Positions 1 through 10,493 are shown, numbered from the stretch's first letter. The stretch is DNA of 48,655 nt from an uncultured Bacteroidales bacterium (GCA_964522065.1 CAZFUO010000003.1:1-48655); one strand, 5' to 3'. A program made the numbers and translations. Notes: generated by a model not told the origin, from the sequence alone.

Positions 1-491
1 ACCTGGATACCCATAGCAAGTGCCATTTCTTTACCTTTAAACCATTTTACAATGATTTTAGTTACAGTAATACCTGTTACCTCTGCGCCCACGGCGTAAA
101 GTGCAAATCCGATTGATGCCCACATTACAGGTGCAGAAATGCCAAACAATTCTTTGCCCATAAGACTCTCGGAAGAGATTGCCCAGTACTTTATAACGGC
201 ACCGGCAACCATTATTGCCGAAGAGGTTAATCCTGTAAAACGGACACCCATTTTATCAAGTATTAACCCCCCGAACAATAACATAAACAGAAATACATTG
301 AACCATCCGTAAGCGCTGGTGAAAAAACCGTAATCACTACTATCCCAGTTCATTTCGGTTTCGAGCATGGTCTTAAGCGGAGCCATAACGTCGGTGAAAA
401 AATAGGCCGCCATCATTGTGAATGCTACTATACCTAAGGCTGACCAGCGTGCAACTGCCGAGTTGCGGATTGATTCTCTTATTTCTGACAT
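1..491 (-). CDS. MFS transporter, N-terminal part (gene runs off the left window edge)
   Basis: My own reverse-strand translation from the ATG at 489-491 gives MSEIRESIRNSAVARWSALGIVAFTMMAAYFFTDVMAPLKTMLETEMNWDSSDYGFFTSAYGWFNVFLFMLLFGGLILDKMGVRFTG... and stays open to base 1. It shows successive hydrophobic helices and the D-K-x-G-x-R type loop after TM2 that is typical of major facilitators. It is absent from the ORF track because no stop lies in the window. Confidence 0.6.
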   Translation of the reverse strand, partial: MSEIRESIRNSAVARWSALGIVAFTMMAAYFFTDVMAPLKTMLETEMNWDSSDYGFFTSAYGWFNVFLFMLLFGGLILDKMGVRFTGLTSSAIMVAGAVIKYWAISSESLMGKELFGISAPVMWASIGFALYAVGAEVTGITVTKIIVKWFKGKEMALAMGIQ

Positions 492-510
492 ATAAAAAGT
501 TTATTTATAA

Positions 511-1770
511 TTAATAACCGCGAATAGCTTCAATTCCCGGAAGTATTCTTCCTTCGATAGCTTCAAGTAATGCACCGCCACCAGTTGAAACGTAACTAAC
601 TCCATCTGCAAGACCAAACTTGTTTACACAAGCAACTGAGTCACCACCTCCTACTAATGAGAAAGCTCCTGCTTTTGTAGCCTCAACTATTGCTTCACCA
701 ACTGATTTTGATCCGTGAGAGAAATTATCAAATTCAAATACACCTGTAGGGCCATTCCATAGAATAGTTTTTGAATTTTTGATTACCTCTGCAAAGTTCT
801 TTTCTGTTTCAGGGCCTATATCCATACCCATCATATCGTCAGGTATTTCATTGACTTTTACAAATGCTGTTTTTGCATCATTACTAAATTGATCTGCAAT
901 TTTAGCATCAACTGCAAGTACCATATTCACTCCTTTTTCTTTAGCTTTTGCTAAAAGTGAGAGAGCAAGGTCCAGTTTGTCTTCTTCACAAATAGAAGTA
1001 CCTATTTTGCCGCCAAGTGCTTTTGTAAAAGTATAAGTCATACCACCTGCAATAATCAGGTTGTCAACTTTACCTAAAAGATTTTCAATAATTTCAATTT
1101 TTGATGAAACCTTACTTCCACCCATAATGGCTGTAAAAGGACGTACAGTCTGACTCATTATTTTTTCAACAGCAATAACTTCTTTTTCCATAAGATATCC
1201 GAACATCTTATTGTTTTCGTCGAAGTATTTAGCTATTAAAGCTGTAGAAGCATGTGCTCTGTGAGCGGTTCCGAAAGCATCATTTACGTAGCAATCAGCA
1301 TAAGAAGCCAATTTTGCTGTAAACGCTTTCTGGCTTTCTTTTACTGCCTTTTTGGCAGCAGCTTTATCTTCGTCGCTTGCATCTTCTGCAAGACCACGGG
1401 GCTTACCTTCTTCTTCAGCATAAAATCTGAGATTTTCAAGCAATAAAGCTTCGCCCGGTTTTAAATCAGCGACCAATGAGTCTGCATTCTGGCAATCTTC
1501 GGCAAACTTAACAGTTACTCCCAATAATTTTGAAACATGCTCAACAATTACTTTTAGTGAGTATTTAGTATCAGGATTTTTCTTTGGACGTCCCATGTGT
1601 GATCCAAGAATAATACTTCCTCCGTCAGCTAAAATCTTCTTCAAAGTAGGAAGAGCTGCACGAATACGATTGTCGTCTGTAATTTTGAATTGCTCATCAA
1701 GTGGCACATTAAAATCAACACGCACAAAAGCCTTTTTACCGGCAAAATTGAATTGATCGATAGTTTGCAT
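511..1770 (-). CDS. pgk: phosphoglycerate kinase
   Basis: The 419-aa ORF has the N-terminal signature [14 protein letters not shown], the pattern SHMGRPKK, and C-terminal [14 protein letters not shown] motifs, all characteristic of PGK. Confidence 0.95.
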   Translation of the reverse strand: MQTIDQFNFAGKKAFVRVDFNVPLDEQFKITDDNRIRAALPTLKKILADGGSIILGSHMGRPKKNPDTKYSLKVIVEHVSKLLGVTVKFAEDCQNADSLVADLKPGEALLLENLRFYAEEEGKPRGLAEDASDEDKAAAKKAVKESQKAFTAKLASYADCYVNDAFGTAHRAHASTALIAKYFDENNKMFGYLMEKEVIAVEKIMSQTVRPFTAIMGGSKVSSKIEIIENLLGKVDNLIIAGGMTYTFTKALGGKIGTSICEEDKLDLALSLLAKAKEKGVNMVLAVDAKIADQFSNDAKTAFVKVNEIPDDMMGMDIGPETEKNFAEVIKNSKTILWNGPTGVFEFDNFSHGSKSVGEAIVEATKAGAFSLVGGGDSVACVNKFGLADGVSYVSTGGGALLEAIEGRILPGIEAIRGY

Positions 1771-1835
1771 AATATCTTATTTGGTTAAATGATGAAATTT
1801 TTCCTTAATGCCTGCAAAGATAGAAAAAATGTTCA

Positions 1836-4800
1836 TTATTCTTTAGCCAAAGGCAGTGTAAAAGAGAAAGAAGTGCCTTTTCCGACCGAACTTTTTATCT
1901 TGTATTTTCCCCCGTTCATCAAAACAAAATCTTTGATGAGAATCAAGCCAAGTCCGGTTCCTTTTTCATTATTTGTACCTGAAGATGTAAAGTGAGTGTC
2001 AAGATGAAACAGCTTGTTTAATTCTTCTTCCGTCATACCTACTCCGTTGTCTGCAACTTCTACAGTCACCATACCATCCTTTTCAAAGGCGTCAACACTT
2101 ACCTTACCACCTTTCGCGGTAAATTTCAATGAGTTACTTAATAAATTACGAATTATCGTCGAAACCATATGGGCATCTGCATTAACAGACAAAGAATGGT
2201 TCTTTATTGTATAGTAAAGAGTTATGTCTTTTGACTTTGCAGTTGCCTGCATAATATCAATTACATTTCTTATAATGTCTTCCAGTTGAAAATTTACAGG
2301 CTCAAATTTTATATTTCCTCTTTGAGTTCGTGACCATTCCAGTAAATTTTCCAGCAATTCGTAAAGATTTTTAGATGAAACATTTATATGGCTTATCATT
2401 TCTCTCTTGACATTGTCATCCCATTCATCAAAACCTTCATCAAGCATATTTGAAAAACCCAGGATTGCATTAAATGGATTTTTAATATCATGTGCAAGTA
2501 TTGAAAAAAACTTATCTTTTGTAGCTATTGCCTTTTTTAGTTCTTTATTTTTTGCCTGCAATTCAGATGTTTTTTCGGCTACCTGCAATTCTAGTAATTT
2601 CTTCTGGTTATTAATCTGCTTAATGCGAAAATTAATTATTAAGAATGAAAGTAAAGCGATGAAAACAACCAATGATATTTTAAATATTGCAGTTTCCCAC
2701 CAGGCAGGAAGTATTTTAACTTTTATTGAAGTTCCTTCTTCATTCCAAACTCCATCATTATTTGAAGCCTTTACTCTGAAAGTATATTCACCCGGATCAA
2801 GATTTGTATAACTTGCCTCTCTCCTGTTTCCGACATAAACCCAGTCATCATCAAAACCTTCCATTTTGTAAGCATACTTATTTTTCTCAGGGCTACTGTA
2901 ATCGAGAGCTATAAATTCAAATGAAAACTGTATTTCCTTGTGAGTTAAAACAATTTCACTTGTTTGACTTATATCTTTTGTAAGAACGATTCTTTCATTT
3001 ACAGGAATGTTTATATGAACCGGATTATTAAAAATCTTCATACCTGTAATATATACTTTAGGTATTGTTTTGTTGCGCTTTATGTCAATTTCTTTAGGGT
3101 AAAAAGAGTTAAAGCCATCTGTACCCCCGAAAAACATTTCTCCATCTCTGGTTTTTAGCGACCAGCCTTTAAAACTTGAATTTTGCAAACCATCCTGTTT
3201 TTCATAAACCGAAAAGCTTTCTGTATCAATATTAAACCTAACCAATCCTTTGTCGGTAGCAAGCCAAAGGTTGCCCTGATCATCTTTTTGTATTGACATT
3301 ATAGAATTTCCCGGCAGCCCGGTTTGTGAATTATAATTTGTAAATGTACCAGTTTTGATATCATACTTATCTAAACCTGTTGTTGTATGCCCAAACCAGA
3401 TATTACCTTTATCATCTTCGCATATACCATATACACTATTACTGCTAATACTGTTTATATCATCTGAATGATATATTCTGTCAAACCTTATAACCGGTGG
3501 TTTTTGTGAAAAATCAATCTTTTTCAGATCGACAACATTTGTACCGTTGTTGGTTGTTATATATAGCTTTTGATCTCTTGTTTCATAAATATTAATAATA
3601 GAATTATTGCTGATAGAGGTAATTGAGTCATCATCTCCTCTGTACCTGTAAAATTCACCTGTTTTTCTGTCAAACAGATTAAGTCCACCATATAAAGTAC
3701 CTGCCCAGATATTATTTTTACTATCTTCAAAAACCGCCCAGATATGATCTTGCGATATAGAGAATTTATCTTCAGAATTACTTATATATTTTGTGAATTT
3801 TCCGTCTTTAAATTTACATAGTCCACCGTTAAATGTTCCCATCCATAAAACACCTTCATGGTCTTCAATCATTGAAACAATAACGTCACTACTAATACTG
3901 TTTTTTGATTTAGGGTTAAATCTGTAATTTTTAATAATTTTATTTTTCCGGTCTAGTTTGTTGAGACCTCCACCATCGGTTCCTATCCAGACATCCCCGT
4001 TTTTGCTCTCTGCAAAACTCAGAATATTATTACTTGTTAACCAGTCTGTCTTATTTGGAATACTATAATATCTGTTAAATTTAACTTTGTCGGGTGAGTA
4101 CTTGTTTATTCCCATAATAGTTCCAACCCAAATGTTGTTATATCTGTCCTTAAGAAGATAAGTTATCTTGTTAGTACTTAATGAATGAGGATTCATCATA
4201 TCAGATTGACTGAAAGTAAACGTTTCATTTTTTTTATTAAAAATACTTAGCCCTTCTGAGTCTCTGTCACCAATCCAGATATCACCCTGTTTATCTTCAC
4301 ACATAGCATAAAGTATATTTCCCTTTGGACCTTTATTACCATTGCCAGGTTTGTATAACTTAAATTCATCTTTTTTGCGGTTCCACCAAAGAAAACCAAC
4401 ATGTTCGATAGTTATAAATATATCATTATTGCTGTCTTTAAACAGCCCTTTGTTGTGATTTCCAAAATTTTCAGCCTCAGGATGATTAAATGCTCTATAA
4501 CTAAATTTGCCTGTCTTGTAGTCAAAATAGAAAAGTTTGTTTCTGCTGTCAACTGTCCAAATTATACCTTTTTCGTCTTCAACGAAACCGCTGACAAAAT
4601 CATCTACTCCATCAATAAAAAACTTTTTAGCTTTTATTATACCGCTTGACAATTGAGGATTTTTGAAAAGTTTAAATCGGAATACCCCTGAATAAGAGCT
4701 TACCCACATATAACCTTTACTGTCAATAAAACATCCTGTAATTGAACAATCTATATTTTCGTTTTCCAGATTAAATCTTATTCTTCTGAAGTTATCATTA

Positions 4801-5150
4801 TTTCTGTCGTAAACACATAAGTTTACATTTGTGGTTACCCACATATTTCCATACATATCTTCAATAATACCGGTAATTGAAGTACCAGGCAAAGTTGTGC
4901 TGTCTTTAGGGTTGTTGTAGTAAGTTTTAAAGTTGATTCCGTCAAAACGGTTTAATCCATTCCCTGAAGCCATCCAGATAAAACCATCTTTATCCTGATA
5001 TATAGAATTGATATAGCCATTGGAAAGGCCTTCATTGGTAGTATATATATCAAACTCCAAACTACCAGGAATAGCTTTGACTAAAATTGTGTTTATATAA
5101 AACAACAATATAAATATACATGAGGTCTTCCTGTATAAATATTTCATCAA
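1836..5150 (-). CDS. sensor histidine kinase with periplasmic beta-propeller repeats and Y_Y_Y domain, lacking receiver and AraC domains
   Basis: The 1104-aa ORF has an N-terminal hydrophobic segment followed by many ~45-aa repeats with W(I/V)(G/A)T and GL..F/Y signatures (two-component regulator propeller). A Y_Y_Y-like region follows (YAYKMEGFDDDWVYVG..YTFRVKA), then one TM helix (ISLVVFIALLSFLIINF). The kinase core has the H-box FFSILAHDIKNP and ATPase boxes RNLLSNSLKF, DNGVGM, GTGLGL. The ORF stops right after the ATPase domain. Confidence 0.85.
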   Translation of the reverse strand: MMKYLYRKTSCIFILLFYINTILVKAIPGSLEFDIYTTNEGLSNGYINSIYQDKDGFIWMASGNGLNRFDGINFKTYYNNPKDSTTLPGTSITGIIEDMYGNMWVTTNVNLCVYDRNNDNFRRIRFNLENENIDCSITGCFIDSKGYMWVSSYSGVFRFKLFKNPQLSSGIIKAKKFFIDGVDDFVSGFVEDEKGIIWTVDSRNKLFYFDYKTGKFSYRAFNHPEAENFGNHNKGLFKDSNNDIFITIEHVGFLWWNRKKDEFKLYKPGNGNKGPKGNILYAMCEDKQGDIWIGDRDSEGLSIFNKKNETFTFSQSDMMNPHSLSTNKITYLLKDRYNNIWVGTIMGINKYSPDKVKFNRYYSIPNKTDWLTSNNILSFAESKNGDVWIGTDGGGLNKLDRKNKIIKNYRFNPKSKNSISSDVIVSMIEDHEGVLWMGTFNGGLCKFKDGKFTKYISNSEDKFSISQDHIWAVFEDSKNNIWAGTLYGGLNLFDRKTGEFYRYRGDDDSITSISNNSIINIYETRDQKLYITTNNGTNVVDLKKIDFSQKPPVIRFDRIYHSDDINSISSNSVYGICEDDKGNIWFGHTTTGLDKYDIKTGTFTNYNSQTGLPGNSIMSIQKDDQGNLWLATDKGLVRFNIDTESFSVYEKQDGLQNSSFKGWSLKTRDGEMFFGGTDGFNSFYPKEIDIKRNKTIPKVYITGMKIFNNPVHINIPVNERIVLTKDISQTSEIVLTHKEIQFSFEFIALDYSSPEKNKYAYKMEGFDDDWVYVGNRREASYTNLDPGEYTFRVKASNNDGVWNEEGTSIKVKILPAWWETAIFKISLVVFIALLSFLIINFRIKQINNQKKLLELQVAEKTSELQAKNKELKKAIATKDKFFSILAHDIKNPFNAILGFSNMLDEGFDEWDDNVKREMISHINVSSKNLYELLENLLEWSRTQRGNIKFEPVNFQLEDIIRNVIDIMQATAKSKDITLYYTIKNHSLSVNADAHMVSTIIRNLLSNSLKFTAKGGKVSVDAFEKDGMVTVEVADNGVGMTEEELNKLFHLDTHFTSSGTNNEKGTGLGLILIKDFVLMNGGKYKIKSSVGKGTSFSFTLPLAKE

Positions 5151-5226
5151 TATTTAAAAAATTAGCTTTATGACAGCTAAAGTTATAAAAAATGAGGATA
5201 TTTGCACACAATTCTATGAAATTTCA

Positions 5227-6681
5227 ATGAAAAAAATTCTTTTTTTGTTTTTGTTGGCATCAACATCGGTGAATGCAACAAGCTACTGGGTATCAAGTGA
5301 TGGTAATGATACTAACTCAGGAATTTCTCTTAACACTCCATTCAAAACTTTAACCAAGGCTGAAAGTGTTGTTTTAGCTGGAGATATTATATTTGTAAGA
5401 GGCGGTAATTATCTGATAAATTCAACAATATATCTTACAAAAAGCGGAACTAAAGAAAAGCCTGTCAGGTTAGAAGGTTATCAAAATGAAAGGCCTCTGT
5501 TTAATTGCTCAGGTACTTCATTTGGCAAAAGAGGTTTTCAACTAAGCGGTAACTACTGGCACATAAAGGGTATAGATATTATGAAAGCCGGTGATAACGG
5601 TATGCTGGTTTCAGGTGCTTACAATACAATTGAATTTTGTTCTTTTTTTGACAATAAAGATTCAGGTCTTCAATTGTCTAATGGTGCAAACAATAATAAA
5701 ATCATTAATTGCGACTCTTACTGGAATGCTGACCCTGAAGATTATGGAGATGCTGACGGTTTTGCCTGTAAAATGGATGTTGGAAGTAATAATTATTTCT
5801 ATGGTTGCAGGGCATGGTTAAATGTCGATGACGGTTGGGATGGTTACTTAAGAGGAGCAAATGATATCAGCACTGTTTGCGAGAATTGCTGGACATGGAA
5901 AAATGGCTGGACTAAAAATGGTATTGATTATGGAGATAAAGCAAACGGAAACGGTTTTAAAATGGGTGGAAGCGACAATAAAGATCTAATGCACAATTTC
6001 ACTCTTATAAATTGTCTGTCTTTCGACAATAAATCAAAAGGTTTTGATCAGAATAACGATAAAGGAAACATGTTAATCAAAAATTGTACAGGCTTTAGAA
6101 ATAAAGGGCACAATTATTCTGTATATTTAAATCTTGCTGCCGGTAAAACATGTTCAATAATTAATTGTATTAGTTATAACGGAACCATTAATATTGGTTC
6201 ATTTGTTAATCAGGGTACCAATAGCTGGCATAGCGGTTTTAGTGTTAATATGGATGATTTTATCTCATTAGACACTCTGGGGGTGAGCAGCAAAAGAAAT
6301 AGTGATGGAAGTCTGCCTTTAATCGGATTTATGAGACTCAAAAAAACGAGTTACTTAATTGACAGAGGCACTAATATTGGTTTACCTTATGAAGGTAACG
6401 GACCAGATTTGGGTGCTTTTGAATATTCAGAAAATGTATCGGGCATTGAAAATGCAATTTCAGACCAAAAGTACTATTTTTCAAATAATGAGTTGAAAAT
6501 TAGCGGAGAAGTTAAATTGAAGAATAATATAAAAATATTTGATACTACAGGGAGAGTTATAGTCTCAGAATCAAATATTTTAAATAATTCTATTGAATTG
6601 AGCAGGCTAAAAAAAGGTATTTATTTTTTTGAATTTGTTCAAAACAAAAAATACCTGAAGGGGAAAATAAACAGGTTTTGA
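5227..6681 (+). CDS. secreted right-handed beta-helix protein, pectate lyase-like (PL9-like), with T9SS C-terminal sorting domain
   Basis: I prefer the ATG at 5227 (MKKILFLFLLASTSVNA signal peptide) over the track start at 5170. The pattern YWVSSDGNDTNSG..PFKTLTKA..GDIIFVRGGNY, and the repeated short beta-helix turns with DGF and NGFKMGG, resemble PL9/DUF1565-type lyases. The last ~80 aa (..IKIFDTTGRVI..LSRLKKGIYFFEF..) look like a Por/T9SS type A tail. Confidence 0.6.
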   Translation: MKKILFLFLLASTSVNATSYWVSSDGNDTNSGISLNTPFKTLTKAESVVLAGDIIFVRGGNYLINSTIYLTKSGTKEKPVRLEGYQNERPLFNCSGTSFGKRGFQLSGNYWHIKGIDIMKAGDNGMLVSGAYNTIEFCSFFDNKDSGLQLSNGANNNKIINCDSYWNADPEDYGDADGFACKMDVGSNNYFYGCRAWLNVDDGWDGYLRGANDISTVCENCWTWKNGWTKNGIDYGDKANGNGFKMGGSDNKDLMHNFTLINCLSFDNKSKGFDQNNDKGNMLIKNCTGFRNKGHNYSVYLNLAAGKTCSIINCISYNGTINIGSFVNQGTNSWHSGFSVNMDDFISLDTLGVSSKRNSDGSLPLIGFMRLKKTSYLIDRGTNIGLPYEGNGPDLGAFEYSENVSGIENAISDQKYYFSNNELKISGEVKLKNNIKIFDTTGRVIVSESNILNNSIELSRLKKGIYFFEFVQNKKYLKGKINRF

Positions 6682-6684
6682 AAA

Positions 6685-7710
6685 TTATCTTTCTTCTGAT
6701 GTCCCGTCTTTGTAGGTAGCAAAACGGCCTTTTAGTCTTGCATGAACATTATCGTGTCTTGGCCATGGCCAACCTCCAAACTGAGTTTGTTGATAGTCGT
6801 AAAAAGCCTGTTGAATTTCCTGCCTGGTATTCATTACAAAAGGTCCGTACTGAACTACAGGTTCATCAATAGGATTTCCCTGCAACAAAAGGAAATAATT
6901 GTCTTCGCCAAAACTTTTTATGGTCAGAGATGAGCCGGAATTAACAATGATGGCATTTCCTGACTTTACTGTAACCCCATCAACAGAAACCGAATTACCT
7001 TTATGGAAATAAAGAGTCCTTGTTGTATCAGTACTTGCAGCAGGTAAAACCCATTCTGCCCCTTCCTGAAGCGTGAATGTTATTATTGCCACATTATTGG
7101 CTTTATCAAAGGCCCAGGAATCGGGTGCTGGAGAAATTGACCGGACACCATACAACTCTCCACATATTATATTTGCCTTTATAAGTTTTCCGTTTTTATC
7201 AGTATGCTCATAAACCGGAATATCTTCACTCCAAAGCATCTTGAAAAATGGTTGAGCAAATTTCTTTTCAGATGGCAAATTTAGCCAAACCTGAAACAAC
7301 TCAGTTTCATTTTCGATTTCAGTATTAAGGAGTGGAAACATTTCACTATGCTGTAACCCTGAGCCTGCTGTCATCCATTGTACGTCTCCCATACCATATC
7401 TACCTGCCTGACCATGAGAGTCACTATGATCTACAAAGCCATTTTGCACTATAGTAATTGTTTCAAAACCCCTGTGAGGATGTACAGGGAAACCTGGTAC
7501 TTTATCACCATGATACATTCTCCAACCATCTTTTATAGTAAAGTCACTTCCAATATTTCTTCCTGAAAGTGAGGCATCTGGTGTCATATCAGGTTTTGCT
7601 TTTGGATAGTGGTCAAGATGATGAGCACAAAAGATAAAGGGATTTGTTACCGGCCACTGAAAATCGAGTGGCAATACAGACTTTATGTTTGATGAATTCA
7701 TAACTGGCAT
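6685..7710 (-). CDS. pirin family protein (bicupin)
   Basis: The motifs HPHRGFETITIV and GDVQWMTAGSGLQHSEMFP match the pirin N-terminal cupin metal site, and a second cupin half follows. The start is ambiguous: M1 is at 7710 and M4 at 7701. The first choice overlaps the upstream gene by 13 nt. Confidence 0.85.
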   Translation of the reverse strand: MPVMNSSNIKSVLPLDFQWPVTNPFIFCAHHLDHYPKAKPDMTPDASLSGRNIGSDFTIKDGWRMYHGDKVPGFPVHPHRGFETITIVQNGFVDHSDSHGQAGRYGMGDVQWMTAGSGLQHSEMFPLLNTEIENETELFQVWLNLPSEKKFAQPFFKMLWSEDIPVYEHTDKNGKLIKANIICGELYGVRSISPAPDSWAFDKANNVAIITFTLQEGAEWVLPAASTDTTRTLYFHKGNSVSVDGVTVKSGNAIIVNSGSSLTIKSFGEDNYFLLLQGNPIDEPVVQYGPFVMNTRQEIQQAFYDYQQTQFGGWPWPRHDNVHARLKGRFATYKDGTSEER

Positions 7711-8534
7711 AAGTATTTAATTTCCTGCAATACCTTTTTCACCTTATTGTTATCTGTTACAATTGCAGCCAAAACTTCAGGGTTTTCTGCCAACTGTCTG
7801 CAAATAACTATTCCTTTTTCCATAAACTGTTGCTTTTCAGACAGATTAAGTCTTGTTAGAACAGTAATTGGAAATATTTTCTCTCTGTCAACAATCTCTT
7901 TTAATCCTTTTCCCTGAGGATAATCCCAACTTAACAAACTAAGCCCTGTACATTCTCCGAAAGAAATTGCATCAGCTGTAAATCTGGTATTTGTAACTAC
8001 ACCACCATGAAATACAAAACCTTCAAACTCTGGCAAACTCTTTCTGTATTTGATTAAATCGTCAACCCTTGACCTTATATACATTGGTACCTGCACATTT
8101 GCATTTTTACCTGTATGCTGATAATATTTACATTCAATAAAATGTTGTTCTTTTTCCTTTGTAGCAATAACATCAACTTCATGTGTTACACAATGCCCCT
8201 GAAGTACTTTTCCAACTTCTACATCATATCCCATCAATTTAAAGACCTGACCAACAAAAAACTCAAAAGGATAGCCTGTTGGGCCCAATTCCATCATTGC
8301 GTTTTTCAACTTATATCGGGCAGCAATACCAAGTTGTTTTTTCCTCAAAAGTGCAAAAGCCTTATCATAAATCTTTTTACTGGGTATGCCATCGTAAAGC
8401 CATGACTCAACATCATCTGCAATAGAGTTAACTATTTCAACCTCAGCACCCGATCTCTTTAGAGAATTTATAAGTTTAGTCCTCGAAAAGGTTTCAAGCT
8501 CACCTGAAACTTTTTTAATCTGGTATTTTTTCAT
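7698..8534 (-). CDS. ATP-cone domain protein fused to a PD-(D/E)xK restriction-endonuclease-like (Mrr-type) domain
   Basis: The N-terminal ~85 aa (IKKVSGELETFSRTKLINSLKRSGA...IYDKAFALLRKK) fit the ATP-cone pattern. The C-terminal half has a D..(E)xK arrangement (EVDVIATKEKEQHFIECKYY). The start overlaps the nadE stop in an ATGA arrangement. Confidence 0.7.
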   Translation of the reverse strand: MKKYQIKKVSGELETFSRTKLINSLKRSGAEVEIVNSIADDVESWLYDGIPSKKIYDKAFALLRKKQLGIAARYKLKNAMMELGPTGYPFEFFVGQVFKLMGYDVEVGKVLQGHCVTHEVDVIATKEKEQHFIECKYYQHTGKNANVQVPMYIRSRVDDLIKYRKSLPEFEGFVFHGGVVTNTRFTADAISFGECTGLSLLSWDYPQGKGLKEIVDREKIFPITVLTRLNLSEKQQFMEKGIVICRQLAENPEVLAAIVTDNNKVKKVLQEIKYLCQL

Positions 8535-10453
8535 AGCTTTTCCAATTCATCTAACCACATTTGTACACTTGCATCACTGGGCATTCTCCAATCACCACGA
8601 GGCGACAAACTAACAGATCCGACTTTTGGACCGTCAGGCAGGCATGACCTCTTGAATTGCTGAGTAAAAAACCTTCTGAAAAAGACTTTAAGCCATTTTA
8701 AGATTACATCTTTAGAATATATTCCATCAAATGTTCTTACTGCCATCCACAATATTTTTTCAGGACTAAATCCAAATCTTAATACATAATAAATAAAATA
8801 ATCATGCAACTCGTAAGGTCCGACTATATCTTCTGTCTTCTGTGATATTTTACCATCATTATCAGCAGGAAGCAACTCTGGGCTGACAGGCGTATCTATC
8901 ACATCTTTAAGAACTTCCGAAACCGCTCCACTCAACTGATTTTCTGCAGCCCATTTAACCAAAAAACGAACCAGGGTTTTTGGCACTCCTGCATTAACAC
9001 CATACATGGACATATGATCACCATTGTATGTTGCCCATCCTAAAGCCAACTCTGAAAGATCACCGGTTCCGATAACCAAAGCATTTTCTTTATTTGCAAC
9101 ATCCATTAAAATCTGAGTTCGCTCTCTTGCCTGAGAATTCTCATAAGTAATATCATGAATATCCTTATTCTGACCAATATCTTCAAAATGTTGTAATACA
9201 GATTTAGTTATTGAAATTTCTCTAAAGTCAGCCCCAAGTTCTTTAATCAGATTGACTGCATTATTGTAGGTTCTGTCTGTAGTTCCAAATCCGGGCATTG
9301 TAATACCAATAATATTTTCACGCGGCAAGCCAATCTTGTCAAATGTTTTTGCAGTAACAAGTAAAGCAAGCGTAGAATCAAGACCTCCGGAAACACCTAC
9401 AACAGCATTTTTACAATTAGAATGCAGTAATCTCTGTGCAAGTCCCTGTATCTGAATTGAAAAAATTTCCTCGCAACGTTCATCTAGTTTTTGTCCCTTA
9501 GGCACAAAAGGGTGAGCTTCAAATATTCTTTCTATCTTTGATTCCTCAAGATTACTAAGTTCAAACTGCAAATATCTGTACACAGGACTTTCAGGTAAAT
9601 TACCTGTTGTAAATCCTGTATGTTTAAGCCTGTCTATATTTAATCGCTGCACATCTACATCGGCGGTAATTAATTGATTTTCCATTGAAAAGCGTGAACC
9701 ACTTTTCAAAACATTCCCATTCTCTACTATTTGTGAATTACCTGCAAAAACCACGTCGGTTGTTGACTCTCCGAAACCGCAAGAAGCATACACATATGCT
9801 GCTATACATCTCATTGACTGCTGATTGATCAATTGATTTCTGTAAGAATTTTTAGAAACAATTTCATTGCTTGCAGAAAGATTAAACAGCAAATTTGCTC
9901 CGTTCAGGGAATGATAGCTACTTGGAGGTACAGGCATCCAAAGATCTTCGCATATTTCAACTCCAACACAGACCTGGTCATTTTTAATTAATATATCTGT
10001 TCCGAAAGGAACATTCTGACCACAAAGCGTAATTTCTCTAACATTTACATCATCAGAAGAACTGAACCATCTTTTTTCATAAAACTCTCCGTAGTTAGGT
10101 ATCCATTTCTTGGGAATAACAGCAAGTATTCTGCCATTTTGAAAAACAACAGCAGTATTCATTAATCTGTTACTTACCCTTACCGGCATACCTACAATAC
10201 AGAGTAATGATACATTGGCAGAATATTTGAGTATATTATATAATTCAGTTTCTGCACTGTCTATAAGAAATTTCTGGTGAAACAAATCTCCGCAAGTGTA
10301 TCCCGTAATACACATTTCCGGAAAACTCAAAATCTGAACAGATTTTGAAGCCGCCTGCTCAATCAATGAAATAATTTGCTGAGAATTATGTTTACAATCT
10401 GCAACTTTTATAACAGGAACAGCTGCACCTACCCTTACAAATCCATGATCCAT
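8531..10453 (-). CDS. nadE: glutamine-dependent NAD+ synthetase
   Basis: The 640-aa ORF has an N-terminal CN-hydrolase (nitrilase-like) domain (..FPEMCITGY.., VEICEDLW with the catalytic Cys). Its C-terminal ATP-pyrophosphatase domain carries the SGGxDS motif (VGVSGGLDS). Confidence 0.93.
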   Translation of the reverse strand: MDHGFVRVGAAVPVIKVADCKHNSQQIISLIEQAASKSVQILSFPEMCITGYTCGDLFHQKFLIDSAETELYNILKYSANVSLLCIVGMPVRVSNRLMNTAVVFQNGRILAVIPKKWIPNYGEFYEKRWFSSSDDVNVREITLCGQNVPFGTDILIKNDQVCVGVEICEDLWMPVPPSSYHSLNGANLLFNLSASNEIVSKNSYRNQLINQQSMRCIAAYVYASCGFGESTTDVVFAGNSQIVENGNVLKSGSRFSMENQLITADVDVQRLNIDRLKHTGFTTGNLPESPVYRYLQFELSNLEESKIERIFEAHPFVPKGQKLDERCEEIFSIQIQGLAQRLLHSNCKNAVVGVSGGLDSTLALLVTAKTFDKIGLPRENIIGITMPGFGTTDRTYNNAVNLIKELGADFREISITKSVLQHFEDIGQNKDIHDITYENSQARERTQILMDVANKENALVIGTGDLSELALGWATYNGDHMSMYGVNAGVPKTLVRFLVKWAAENQLSGAVSEVLKDVIDTPVSPELLPADNDGKISQKTEDIVGPYELHDYFIYYVLRFGFSPEKILWMAVRTFDGIYSKDVILKWLKVFFRRFFTQQFKRSCLPDGPKVGSVSLSPRGDWRMPSDASVQMWLDELEKL

Positions 10454-10493
10454 TTGCTGAAATTTTTTATCGGACTAAATTACAACAAATAAA

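Noticed and set aside
2014-4649. Several 60-134-aa + strand ORFs lie inside the propeller sensor kinase gene. Similar ORFs lie inside other long genes, e.g. 12051-12248, 16610-16807, 21153-21966, 25847-26085, 29066-29691, 31760-31984, 32423-32722, 35493-35995, 39926-40237, 42632-43060 and 43565-43828.
   Set aside because: These ORFs overlap, on the opposite strand or in another frame, well-supported long genes in an A/T-rich genome. They have no motifs, low-complexity composition and no plausible start context.
5170-5226. The upstream start for the pectate-lyase-like ORF (MTAKVIKNEDICTQFYEIS..).
   Set aside because: The ATG at 5227 begins a textbook signal peptide (MKKILFLFLLASTSVNA). The 19-aa extension would bury it.
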